The notes under the pieces: generated by a model | Database searches by the model: none | Told to the model about the DNA's origin: nothing | The model's input: the letters and a program-made list of their open reading frames with translations, nothing else | Assembly: GCA_041601615.1 (NCBI GenBank) | Contig: JBFIHX010000005.1 | Location: forward strand, 40,774-104,773 | From: Thermoplasmatota archaeon | Lineage (GTDB): Archaea > Thermoplasmatota > E2 > JACPAO01 > JAHFTW01 | DNA length: 64,000 bases | Direction of reading: 5' to 3' | In this document: positions 16,911-28,900 of the stretch, piece by piece | Layout of the letters: each line of letters begins with the position of its first letter | Position numbering within the stretch: the stretch's first letter is position 1 | Translations under genes and position numbers: made by a program

Positions 16911-19900
16911 TGCCTCTTGAAAGCGACCACGTCGTCGTACCATCCAACGCCGCGGCCGCTTCTGCCGGCGTCTGGACTTGGGAAAACATCTCCGACGCCT
17001 ATGCGCTTGTCGGAGCCGGTTGTGATGGAGCTGGTGAAGGTGGAGTTGGTGTCATCGTCCAAGGTGACGGCGACGGAAGTGGAGGTCACTTCGACGCGGA
17101 CGAAGTGCCATTCCTTCTCGTTCTTGAGGCAGACGCCGCCTTCGCTGATGCGGGTGTTGCCGTTGTAGAGGTGGACGCGCCAGTCGCCGGCGTCGCAGTC
17201 GATTTCTTGGGAGGGTCCAAGAGTGACGGCCCAGCGGGGTGCGTCGTCGCTCTTGAGCCCGGATAGGATGGCCTGATGTTCTGGTTTGTTCAGGCTGTCC
17301 CCGATAGCGAAGGCGGCCTCGACGGTGTATTTGGAGCCGAGTCCGGTGGTTGGGAAGGAGGCGTAGGTGCGGCCGCCGGGGGATGTGGCTCCGGTGACTT
17401 GCAGGTAGCCGTTGCCTAGGAATCCGGATCCAGCGTAGGTCTTGAGGCCGCTGCCGGTTTCGGACCAACCGAATGCGGTGAGGGGTTGCACGAAGGTGTG
17501 GTCGTGTCGGCTGGTGTCCATGTCGATGCGTAGGCGATCGATGTCGACGGTGTTGGCGCCGCCGCCCGCTTCCACGGTTGCTGCGGGGCCGTCGGCGTGG
17601 AGGGGCACCCAGACGGAGGAGAGTTGGTCTCGTTGGATGAGGGCGTGGCCGTGGCGGATGAAGATGTCAAAGCGGTGCCAGCGGCTGTCGACGGAGCTGA
17701 GGATGGTCCAGTTTCCGTTGCCTTCTTCCACTTCGAGGGTGCTGTAGCGGACGCGGGCGCGTACCATCATGTCTCCGTCGTCGTTGCGCACGGTGAAGAC
17801 GGGGTCTTCGATGGCTGGTTTGGCTTTGATGCGGAATGTCAGGTGCGAGGAGGACGGCAGATCTACGGGAGGGCTCTTGGCGGCGAGGGTGTGGCCGGAG
17901 TCTGGTTGGATGGAGAGGTAGGTGGGTCCTCCGGCGGTGCCGAGTGTGTTGGTGTCTTGGAGGGTTCCTTGACCGATGGGTTGCCAGCCGTCGCCGCCGA
18001 GGATGGGTTGGTCTTCCAGTAGGTTGCGCAGGTCCGAATCGAGGAGGCTCACTTTGGGTGCGGTCCACATGGCGGATGCTGATTGCACGCGTGTGGATTC
18101 CAGCCGGATGGGGCCGGAGAGCGGTAGGGAGCCGAGGTATGTTTCGTCCAGGAACGCTTCCATGCGTCCGTCGGCGGCTATGAGGTCGAAGCGGTACCAC
18201 TGGGATTTGAGGGTGATGTTGCCGATGGCGATGCTTTGGTTTCCTACGGTCAGCGTTAGGGTGTTGCTGGCGTAGCGGAGGTGGGCGATGTCTCCTTCGT
18301 CGCCTTCGAGGGCTAGGAATTCGGTGCTTCCGGGGTTGGTTCCGGGGTTGCTCCATTGGGTCACGGTCAGCAATGCGGAGTGCGCGGCGAGGGGTGTGTG
18401 TAGGGATCCGCCGTAGGTGTAGCCAAGTTTCTGGGATGTTCCGTCGGGTCCGTAGCCGTTGTAGTAGTTGTGGGCGTTGCCTTGGGGTTGCATTTGTGCA
18501 ACTTGGGGTTGGATGCCGTCTTTGGCGAAATGGAAGGAGTGGCGCCATGCTGTGCTGCGGCCGTTGTTGGCGGTCACGAGCAGGGTCACTTCCTCTTGTT
18601 GGTCTTCGTCAAGGTCAATGGTTGCTTCGTAGCGGTTGCTGCCGACGGAGGTGAAGCTGATGGGTCCGAGCCGGCTGGTGGCTTGGATGTCCATGGTGGC
18701 GTCCGGGTGGGGTGGGGTGATTTCGAGGGCGAGCGTGAACACGCCGGGGTCGGTTTCGCTGGACCAGATGGTGGTGCCGGGCGTTGAGACGGAGGCGACG
18801 TGGCCGCTTACGGGCAATCCGAGGTCGCCGGAGCCGAGGCGGGTGGTGCCGGCAAAGCTTGGACTCAGGAGTCCGATGCTCGGTAGTTCGGCGTTCACGA
18901 AGATTTCGAGGACTTGGCAGGTGCCGGGGTTGCCTGCTTGGTCGACGGGGCAGAGGGTGTAGGTTGCCAGTTCGTTCGTGGGGGGCGTTGTGTCTTCGTA
19001 GCGGCTGGCGTGGGTCCAGGTTTCGTTGCTGGTGCCGCTGGTGCTTGTGCGTTGCACGAGGATGTGGCTAGGGTTGCGCTCGGCGAGGGTGTAGTCGATG
19101 CCGACGGTGCCGGATTCGTAGTTGATGCTGTTTGCGTCGAGGAGGGGGGCGGTGCGGTCTCCTTCGACTTGGCCTAGGTATATTTCGAGTTCGTTGGCGG
19201 CGCCATCGAGGACGCGGACGTAGGCTTGGAGGGCTTGGTTTTCGAGTTCGGCGGGGATGTCGAGCAGCGTTCCGGGGCCGGCGGTGATGAGCGGTGTGCT
19301 GTTGGCGTCGGGTCGTAGTTCGATGGCGTTCCAGGTGATGCCGGTGTCGACGGCGCCTTGGTCGTCAAGGGCGGTCCAGGTTTGGTTGATGCCGGCGGCT
19401 CCGATGAGGGCGGGGAGGCTTGGTGGGTCCTGGATTGCGGGGGCCACGAGGTCGATGACGAAGGCGGAGGAATGGTTGGTCCAGGTGTGGCCGGCGCCGT
19501 CTTGGCCGTGCAGAACGAGTTGGACTTCTTGGCCGTGGAAGCGGGTGTACTTGGTGTCGTTTAGGTGGATGGTTTCGTGGATGGTCAGGGTTTGGTTGCC
19601 GGATTGGGTCTGGATGGGTTCTGTGTCGCTGCCGTCGGTGGTTTGTAGGAACAACTCGAAGGTGATGGCTTCGCAGCCGCCGCTGACGAGTTGGCCGGCG
19701 GCGATGATGGGGCGGTAGCCGATGGCTTCGCCCATGGCTTGGATGTTGTTTCCGACTTCGCGGAAGAAGCCGTCGAGGCCGGGGAGGGGGTTGCCGAGGG
19801 GGTGGCGGCGGTCTACGACGACGAGGGTGGCGCCGGAGAGGAGGATGTTGCGTTCTTCTTCGGGCATGTTTTGGAGTTGGACTTGGGTCCAGTGTTCGCC

Positions 19901-22900
19901 GTTTTGGACCATGTCGTAGCCGTCGACGAGGAGGAGGTAGATGTCTTCGCCCCATTGCCAGGGGTCGATGGTGGCGTTTTCGCTCCATTCGGGGGCGTAG
20001 TGGGGTTCGGTGGTGGAGTGGACGGGTTCGACGGCTAGATTGCTCAGGACGCGCAGCAGGCGTAAGTCGTCGAGGCCGCTGCCGGTGTCCCAGCCGCTGT
20101 AGGTGACGTTGATGGGGCCGGTTTGGGGGCCGCTGCAAATGGTGGTCTTGGGAATCAGTTCGTAGCCGGGAACGTCGAAGTCGGTTTGGACGGATCCGAG
20201 GTTGTAGGTGGTCTCGTGTGTGACGTTGTCGATGGCTTGGACGGACACGTTGACGGTGGCGCCGGATCGGGTCGTGGGCGGCATGAGGGGTTGGCCCGAT
20301 TCGGCTTGGGTCTGCCCGCCAAAGATTGGGTCGCCGTTGCTGGCGATGGCGTGGCTGGATGCGATGCCGCTGGCAGCTCGGCCGGGGCCGGGGATGGGGT
20401 CGATGGGGGTCCAGGCGAGCAGGAAGCCGTTGGGGCCGGTGTAGAGGGGCAGGGTGGGCAGTGGGTCGATGACGGGGGCGGTGTCGTCGGGGATGAACGG
20501 TCCGATGGTTTGCTCGGTGCTCCAGCCAGCGTGGTCCACGACGGTGCCGTTGAATGTGATGGGCATGCCTTCGTAGGTTGCAAGCTCCGCGTGGCTCAAG
20601 GTGAACGGTTCACCGGGGGGTGCTTGGGCGCCGAGGCCGGTATCGGAGAGGCTTCCGTTCCATGCGGTGGTGGTGCCGAGGGGGCTTGTTAGGTGGATGC
20701 TGCCAGATACGACGCCGTTGCAGTGCAGGAGGGCGGCGTCGGTGGCTTGCCATTGGGCTTGGAGTCCGTTGGTGGGGTCGAAGAATCCGGTCGTGGTGGG
20801 TTGCAGCCATTCTAGTTCGGGGGCGTCGGCGTCGATGCTGGCGCGGCCCCAGCTGTTGTTGGTGGTGGCGATGTTGCCGGCCGTGTCTGCTCCCCGGAGG
20901 GCGTAGAATACGTCTCGGCTGGCGCCGCTGGGGGTGTGGAATGCGGCGATGCGGGGGAAGTCGCCACTCCAGTCTACGATGGTGTTGTTTTGGGCGAGGC
21001 TCCAGATTCCTCCGAGGCCTTGTTCTCGTTCTCGCAGATTGAGGTAGTGGGGGCTTTGGTTGTCGCTCATGGCGTAGCCGAATTGGCCGTAGCCGCTGCG
21101 GTAGCAGACGCCTTGGGGTCCGAGGGTGGGGGAGAGTAGGGGCGGGTTGGGGTCGGGGTCGCCGAGGTTGACGGTTTTGGTTGCGGTGTTGTTGGCTTGG
21201 TCCCAGACTTGGATGTGGGCGGTGATGTTGCCCACGAGCGAGGGCAGGAGCGGCACTTTCACTTGCATGGCGTGGCTCCAGTCGTTGATGTTCTGGGTGT
21301 GGTTGGCTAGTTGGTTGTAGTTGCCTTCGTCGCTGATGTGGATTCGGAATTGGTCCACGAAGCAGGTTTCGGCGGGCTCTACGAGGTCGTACAGGAATGC
21401 GAGGTCCTTGTTGGGGAGCTGGCCGTTGGTGGGAAGGGGAATGTGGGTGTTGGGGTAGTTTTCCCAGAGGCCCACGCCGTAGTTGAAATTCGAGTTGACT
21501 CGGATTTGGGGGGCGTCGTTGTCGAAGTGAATCTTGTAGCTGGCTTGCCGCAGCGCTTCGAAATGGGTGGCGCCGAGACCCTGTAGGTAGGCGGGCGTGT
21601 ATTGCATGCCGTTGCCGGCGCGGTCTTGGGCGTCGACGACGAGGAACGTCTTGGCGATTTGATCTCGGGTCAGGGCGTCGAATTGGTGGCTTTCGAGGTT
21701 GAGTTCGTTGGCGGTGTGGTGGATGGTTGCGAGGACTTCCATGGTGCGGTTGAGGTGGACCATGATGAGCCGGGCTTGCTTGATGCCGCTGGGTTCGTAG
21801 GCACTGGCGGAGCCGCTGGGTTTCCAGTCTTTGGCGCCCCATTCGATGGGTTGGTTGTTGTTGGGTCCGAGGCAGAGGAAGTCGCCGGCGTGGATGTTGA
21901 GGGGTAGGGGGGCTTCTGTGTCTACGATGATGCGGCCGGTGGTGTTTTCGGTTTGGTGGCCGGCGCGGTCTTTGGCCCAGACGCGGAATTCGAGGTGGCG
22001 GCCGAGCACGCTTTGGACGACGGTGGAGTTGATGGTGCCGGTGAGTACGGTGGTCGCGGTGCCGATGGTGGGGCTTTGGTGGTCGAGGGGTCGCCAGATG
22101 CCGGCGCCACTGACGCGGTATTCGAGGGTTGCTTCTTCGATGCCGCAGTTGTGGGTGCGTTCGGCGTCGATGGGGCGGTCGTCGACCAGGAATTGCACTT
22201 GGAGGCTGCCGTCGGGGGCGAGGTCTTTGGTGCCGAGGTAGGATGGGGTGGTGCTGTTGGGGTCGGGTAGGAGCCCTTCGGTGCTGCCGAGGCCTAGGAG
22301 GCGGGGGCCGGAGGTGTCTACGACGACGTTTTGTATGCTGGCGATGGCGGCGTGTCCGGCGTGGTCGATGATGTGGCCTTGGATGGAGTAGGATTCGCCG
22401 TCCACGTAGGCTTCTGGGGGTAGGGTCCAGAGGTTTTGTTGGTCGTTGAAGGTGGGATTGAGCAGCGGGTAGGTTTGGTTGCTGATGGCGCCGGTTGCGA
22501 GGACTTGGAGTTCTGCGATTCCGCTGGCGCGGTACGCGGGGTCGGTGCCCCAGTTGCCGCGTGGGTCGTAGCTGCGGTAGTAGATGCCGGCGTCGGAGCC
22601 GGATAGGCAACCGGCGTTGAGTTCTAGGACGGGGCGGGTGCGGTCGACGAGGATGCGGCTGCCGGTCCAGGGGCCGGTGGTTCCGGTGGGGTCGACGGCG
22701 CGGCCTTGGATGTGGATGGTGACGCCTTCGGGTACGTCGGGGAGTTTGACGAGGCGTTCGCTGCTGAGTCCTTGGTTGTCTATTTGTCCGGTGCTTGTGC
22801 GGGTGGCAAATTCGTATCGTATGCCTGGTTCGAGGTCGGTGCCGAGGGCGATGAGGCTGGTGTTGCCGTGGACGGCGAGGGTACCGTCGGGTAGCAGTGT

Positions 22901-25900
22901 GTGGGGAAGGCCTGCGAGGTTTCCGGGGTGCAGGGTGGCTGCGCTGCGGTTTTGGGCGGTGACGAGGAGGTCATCCAAGGTATCGAAGGTGAGGTCGCGC
23001 ACGAGGTAGGCGTATTGGGTGACGAGGGGCCATTGGAGGGTGTTGTGGATGCTGGCGGCTTTGGTTTGCTCGGCGGGTGCCTCTTGCCAGCCGCTTCCGG
23101 TGTCAACGTGGGTGACGGTCCAGAGTACGCGGGACTCGGTGCCGGTGGTGAATTGGAAGTTGTGTGTGGCTTCGCCGTTGGGGTTTTGGACTTCCACGGT
23201 GGCGATGCGCCCGGGGGTGCCCAGGAGGCCGGTTCGGTCGGTGGTGTTGAGTGCTTGGAGGGCGGTGATGAGGGCGTCGAGGGTGGTGGCTTCGGGCAGG
23301 TCTACGCTGGTGTTGTAGAATGTGCCTTGGAGTCGCACTTGTTGCACGGTGGCGGCTGTGTGGATGTCGAGGCGCACATTGGCGTCGGCCGGGGCGGCGA
23401 GGTCTACGTCGCTGGCGGGGATCATGCCGTCGGCGGCGATGGTGGCGGCGAGTGCTGCGATGTCGGTGGGTTGCCAGGGGGTGCCGTTGTGGCTGAGCGC
23501 TTGGGTCTGGCCGCCGCTGGTTCCAGGAGCGGTGAGGGCGGCAAGGAGGGTGTTGTTGCCTTGGGTGGGGTTGGCGAAGGTGCCGGTGCGGATGGTGGTG
23601 GCGGCATTGATGGTGTTTTCTTGTACGCGGTCGCGGGCGGCGGCGGGGGTGGTGGGTGTGAAGGGGTTGGGGGTTTGGATGCGGTCTTCGACGGCTTCTA
23701 GGGCGATGCCGACGGCGGTGTCGGTGATGCGGTTGTTCCAGAGCAGCATGTCGGAGGCGCCGGAGAGGCCGGTGACGGAGAATCCGGATTGGCGTGCTTC
23801 GGTGACGGTGTTGTCGCGTACGAGGCCGTGGCTGTCGTGGAGGATGGCGGCGGAGCGCAGCATGCGGTCAAACAGGGTGTTGTGGATGCGTACGTCGCTG
23901 CCGGTGGCGAGGATGCCGAGGGTTTGGTCGGCAAAGGCGCAGTGGCGCACGCGCACGGTGGCGTGGGCGGCGAGGATGCCGAGGTGGCCGGGGCGTACGA
24001 TCCAGCAATCGGCCAGGTCGAGTGTGCCGCCGCGTACTTCGATGCCGGCGGCGAGGCCTTGGGCGCGCACGCCGGTGCCTTGCAGGGTGCCGGTGACGTG
24101 GACGGGGAAGCCGTTCAGGCCGGCTGCGGGGGCTAGTGTGGCGTTGATGAGGTGGAGGATTCCTTGGACTTGGAGGGTGCAGGTGCGTCCGCCGCAGTCG
24201 GAGGCAACGAAGTCTACACCGGTGAAGGTTCGTTCGTCGCCGGCGGGGATTACGAGGTCTTGGTCGAGGAGGATGGGGCCGGTGTGGAATTCGAGTTGGG
24301 TGAGCGTCAGGTCGGAGAGGAACGGCGCGGTGCTTAGGTCCCCTTGGTAGGCGGCGACGCGGATGGGGTCGCCGTTGCTGGTGACGGGGGTGGGCATGAT
24401 GCGGTGGATGTTCCAGGTGGCGTTGGCCCAGTCGTCGCCGACCAATTGGGTGGCGAGTTGGAACTGCGGCGCGAGGTGGGTCACGTCGAGGAATGCGAGT
24501 CGGGAGCCTTCGGAGTCGCCGGCAAATCCTGGTGCGGCGCGGGCGGCGAGGGGTTGCCAGGGTCCGGTGCCTTGTTGTGCCATGAATTGGGCGTGGGTGC
24601 CGGTGGGCAGGTCGTATTCGTGGGCGAGGACGAGGCCGGCTAGGGCTAGGTCTGCATCGATTTCGATGTGGGCGAGGGGCAGGATGGGCGAGGCGCCGAG
24701 GGGAGTTTCTTGGCTGCTGCTGTTGAGCGGGGTGATCTTGATGGCGGTCACGGGCACGGGGTTGAGGTCGGTGCGGGGGATGCTGTCGGCGGCGCCTGCG
24801 ATTTCTAGCAGGGTTTGTTCGATGAGGGGGCGCACGTCGAAGCCTTGGAGGCCGAGGCCGGGGGCGGCGGGGGTGATGCTGCGGCTGGCAAGGAATGGGG
24901 TGATGGGGGTGTTGGATCGGGGTGTGTCTGCGAGACGCATGGGGAGGGTTTCGCGCTCGGTGCGGGCGGGGACGGTTTGGCCGTATTCGTTGGTGCACCA
25001 GAGGCCGACGCGCGTCGGGGGCGTGGCGCCCGTGGCTCCGTTGCGGGTTTCGTTGTGGAGGGTGCCTGCGGGGCCGCCGTTCCAGGGGAGGGTGTGGCTG
25101 ATTTCGCGTTCGAGGTGGGGTGCCGTGTCGTGGTCCGTGGAGGGGTCGATCCAGCAGGTTTCGCCGTCGGCGGTGGTGGTTTTGGTGGTTTGGACGGTGC
25201 CGGTCTCGTCGCGCACGAGGTGGTCGGGGTTCCAGCGGCCGTAGATTTGGGAGGATGTGATGGCGGCGTCTTTGGCGCCGACGCTGCGGCCTTCGTGGCC
25301 CATGTGGCCAAGGGCGCTCAGATCACCCGCGTCGAAGCGGAAGGAGTCGGCTGCGGCGGCGGGGTGGGGCACTTTTTGGCCGGCGACGTTGGTCCAGTAG
25401 GGGTTTGCTTCGAGGTGGTCGCGGACGTTTTTGGCAAACAGGGCGACCACGTCGCGCAGGGCTTCCAGTAGCTCGGCATCGTCGGCGCCGCTCATCCATT
25501 GGGTGCGGTAGAATGCCTCGAATTCGCTGTGGGTGCCGGAGGAGCTGAACCAGGAGTCGGGGTCGTAGTCGACGGGCACGGTGGCGACGTGTTGGAGGCG
25601 GTCGTCGCGGGTGGTGAGGGTGTGGGTGGTGCCGTCGAGTTTGTAGGTCATGGGGGTGCCTTTGCCGAGGCCGAATACGGTCATGGCGAGGGCTTTGCCG
25701 TCGACGACGAGGGCGTGGGTGCCGGTTTCGTCTTGGTAGGTGGTGGCGTGGTTGGTGCCGGCGAGTGCGCTCCAGGCTTGTTCGATGGGGTGGTTGGTGT
25801 TGCAGGCGGCGCCGTTGACTGGTCGGCCTCCTTTGCAGGCGATCCAGTTGTCGAGGTCCACGGCGAAGGTGCCGGGGTGCCAGAGGGGGTGGACGGTGCG

Positions 25901-28900
25901 GCCCATGTCGTTCCAGAGTGCTTGGCGGGGGCCGTGGAAGTCCATGGTGGCTTCGAGTTGGTAGTGCCAGCCGTTGGTGTCGCCGCAGTTGGTTCCCGTG
26001 GGGAGGGGGTCTTGGAAGGCGCTGACGTTGTGGACGGTGGCGCCGCGTGCGGCGTAGTATGCTTCGATGGCGGCGATGCGTTGGCTTGCGGTGGTGGATG
26101 CGGTGAAGGTCTCCCAGGGCGCGGTTTGGCATCGGACGCCGTCGCGGGTCCATGTGACGTTGGTGCCGGTTTCGAGGGTGGTCCAGCCGCCGTTGTTGCT
26201 GCCCCAGAGCAGGTTGTCGTTGGCGGTGTCGGCGGTGCCGATTTCCTGGTCCCAGCGGTTGCTGCCGGTGGATGTCCAGGGGCAAGTGGTCATCCAGCGT
26301 GGCGTGGATTCGAGGTTCCAGGGCACTTGGCTGTCGCTGTGGCGTTCTTCGCAGGTGCGGTGGTGGGTGCCGAGCAGGAAACTGGTGTCCTGGTGCATGT
26401 CGGAGAGGTAGCTGCGGTCGACGCGGACGGTGGCGGGGGCAAACCATTCGAGGGCGTTTGCGTCCACGGCGGGGTTGGCTGCGACGGCGGTTGCGTAGTT
26501 GGTGGCGGTGGCAAACAGGGGTGTTGCAAGGTGTTTGGCCCAGTCGGCTTGCCAGCCGGATGCGGTGCCGTCGACGAAGCCGGTGTCGCGGGGGCGGATG
26601 ATGGTGCTACCAAGGTTGGGGTCGTAGGCTCCGCTGCCGTCTGCTTTGGAGGTCCAGCCGGTGCCTTCTTCGAGCACATCGAGGCAGCGGAGGGCGTTGC
26701 TGGGTAGGTCGCGGGCGCAGGCTTCGGAGGCAACGAGCATGGCGCCGTCGGCGCTGCGCACTTCGAGTCGTCCGGGGGCGGTGTCGAGGATTTTGTCGTC
26801 GTCCCAGACTTGGACGTTGGCTTCGAAGAATTCGGGTTGGATCCAGGCGTAGCCGGCGCTGGACATGGCGTCAACGTCGGGGGTTTGGGTTTCGGTGTCC
26901 CAGTAGGCGATGCCACGGGCGAAGCGGGCGCGGTCTACGTTGGGGTGGATGGGGGCAAGGTAGGCGTCGGCGGCTGCCCAGCGTTCGCCTGCAAGGTTGG
27001 CGTCGCTGGCGTCGACTCGGGGCAAGTCTTGGGAGTCGGCGAGAGGTTCGTGGACGAAGCTGTCGCGGTAGCCCCAGGCGTCCAGTGCGAGCGCGGGTCG
27101 GTCTAGTTGGGCATAGGCCAGTGGCAGCATTTGGTCTTCGGCGGCTTCGCGCACCAAATCAAGCGCGGAGGCTTGGCCTATGCTGCTGGAGCCGTCGAAT
27201 CGGATGTCGGAGAGTGCATCGATGGATGCTAGGTGGGCAAGCAAGGGGTCCAGGAAGCCGCTGCTGGTGAGGCCGAACGGGATGATGGTGTAGGTAATGA
27301 AGCCGTGGTCGCGGTCGTGGCTGCGTTGGCGTGATTGCATCAGGACGTGGCCGCTTCGAGACAAGGAGACGGTGTCGCCCAGTGCGGGGTCGGAGAGTCC
27401 GGGAATGGTGGTGCCGCTGGTGGCCACGGGTGTGCTGTTGCGGTCCTCGAACATTCGGTCGCTGACGTCGCGGGGCAGGTCGGTGGGTTTCTTTTCCAGG
27501 ATGTAGACGCCGTCGCCGTCGGAGGTGGGAACGATGATGCGGCATTCGGCTTCGGTGACTTCGATGCAGACCACGAGGATGGCGGCTTCTAGGTGGGCGT
27601 CGAATTCGTGGGTCATGACGGTTTCTTCGTTGGGTTGCGGGACGTTGAATGTGTACATCTTGCTGCATGCCGGGAGGGTCGGTTGCAGGCCCAGTACGGC
27701 GGCGTTGCTGGGTTCCATGCGCAGTACGAGTTGGTCGGGGATGCCGTCCGTGGTGCCGGCGGCGAGCAATGCGTCGATGTGTGCGGCGCTGTTGCCGCTG
27801 TAGAGCAGGTTGCGGACCGTGCTTGCGCTGGCGCCATGGCCGGCGCCCAAGTCGCAGGAGTCTGCTGCGGGGCCGGTGCGCATGGGCAGGGCGGTTTGTC
27901 CGGGTCGGGCAAACAGAGCGGTGGGGGGATCATTGCCGGTGCTGCCTTTGAGGGTGTCTTGGGCGGTTCCGAGTGCGAGGGGTAGGCGGTCGGGGGAGGC
28001 GGTTTGGAGGCCGCCGTCGAGGCCGGGGATGGGGGTGCCGTACAGGCCGTAGAGGGGGTTGGGTAGTTGGTGTAGGCTCGCGACGGTGGAGGGTGTGATG
28101 CTGGCTGGAATGGATGCGAAGTGGTCGCCTTCCATGTTGTCTAGGTAGCGCCAGTGCACGGCGGTGGCTAGGGGGTAGCTGCGTTCGATGCCGTAGTAGA
28201 CGAGTGGGTATGTGGGAAGCAATTCTGGGGTCTCGCTCGTGTCCTGGGATGGCAGTCGTGGATCTACGAGGGGTAGGGGGTAGGAGACCTCCGGTAGGCG
28301 CAGATTGTTGGGGTCGATCTGGAACATGGGCAACGGGATTTCCTGGTACTCGGAAGGGTCCACGTTGACGCCGGTGGTCAGCAATTCTTGCCAGTCCACG
28401 GATGGCGTTTCGATGGCGAGTTGCCACAGGTCGCCTCGGGGCGCTGTGAGTGCGATTGAGTCTGGGCGTTGCGGGTAGGCGCGTGGGCCCATGGTGTTTG
28501 TTGCGCCGCCGCTGACGCTTGCGTCCGGCGTCGATACATCCTTTGTTTTTTCCTCGAAGTAGGGACTGAAAAACGGCACGATGTCGTAGGAGAGCGGCAA
28601 AGAGGCGTGGAAGCGGGCGATGCCGGCGGCGTCCGTGTCGGCCCAGTGGGCGCAGACGTTGTGGTCGTTGATCTCCATCATGGTGCTGCGAACCTCGTGG
28701 AGGTCCTTCAGATTCAGAGGGGTTGCCAGGCATACGGCGGTGCCGGGTACTGGTGTGTCGGGGGCGACGAATCGGTGTACGTCTAGGGCGGTGCCGACGG
28801 AGATGCTGAGCGGTAGGCGCAGGCTCGCCGCGTTGGGCGTGGAGATGGTGATGTCGCCTGCGTACATTCCGGGCAGCAGCCAGGGGCTGGGCGGATTCGA

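Noticed and set aside
20610-22610. 666-aa Arg/Pro-rich ORF, and many similar ORFs of 100-400 aa between 17 and 31 kb on the plus strand
   Set aside because: They lie antisense or out of frame inside the 14-kb giant gene. Their low-complexity R/P/G-rich composition is typical of non-coding frames in GC-rich DNA.
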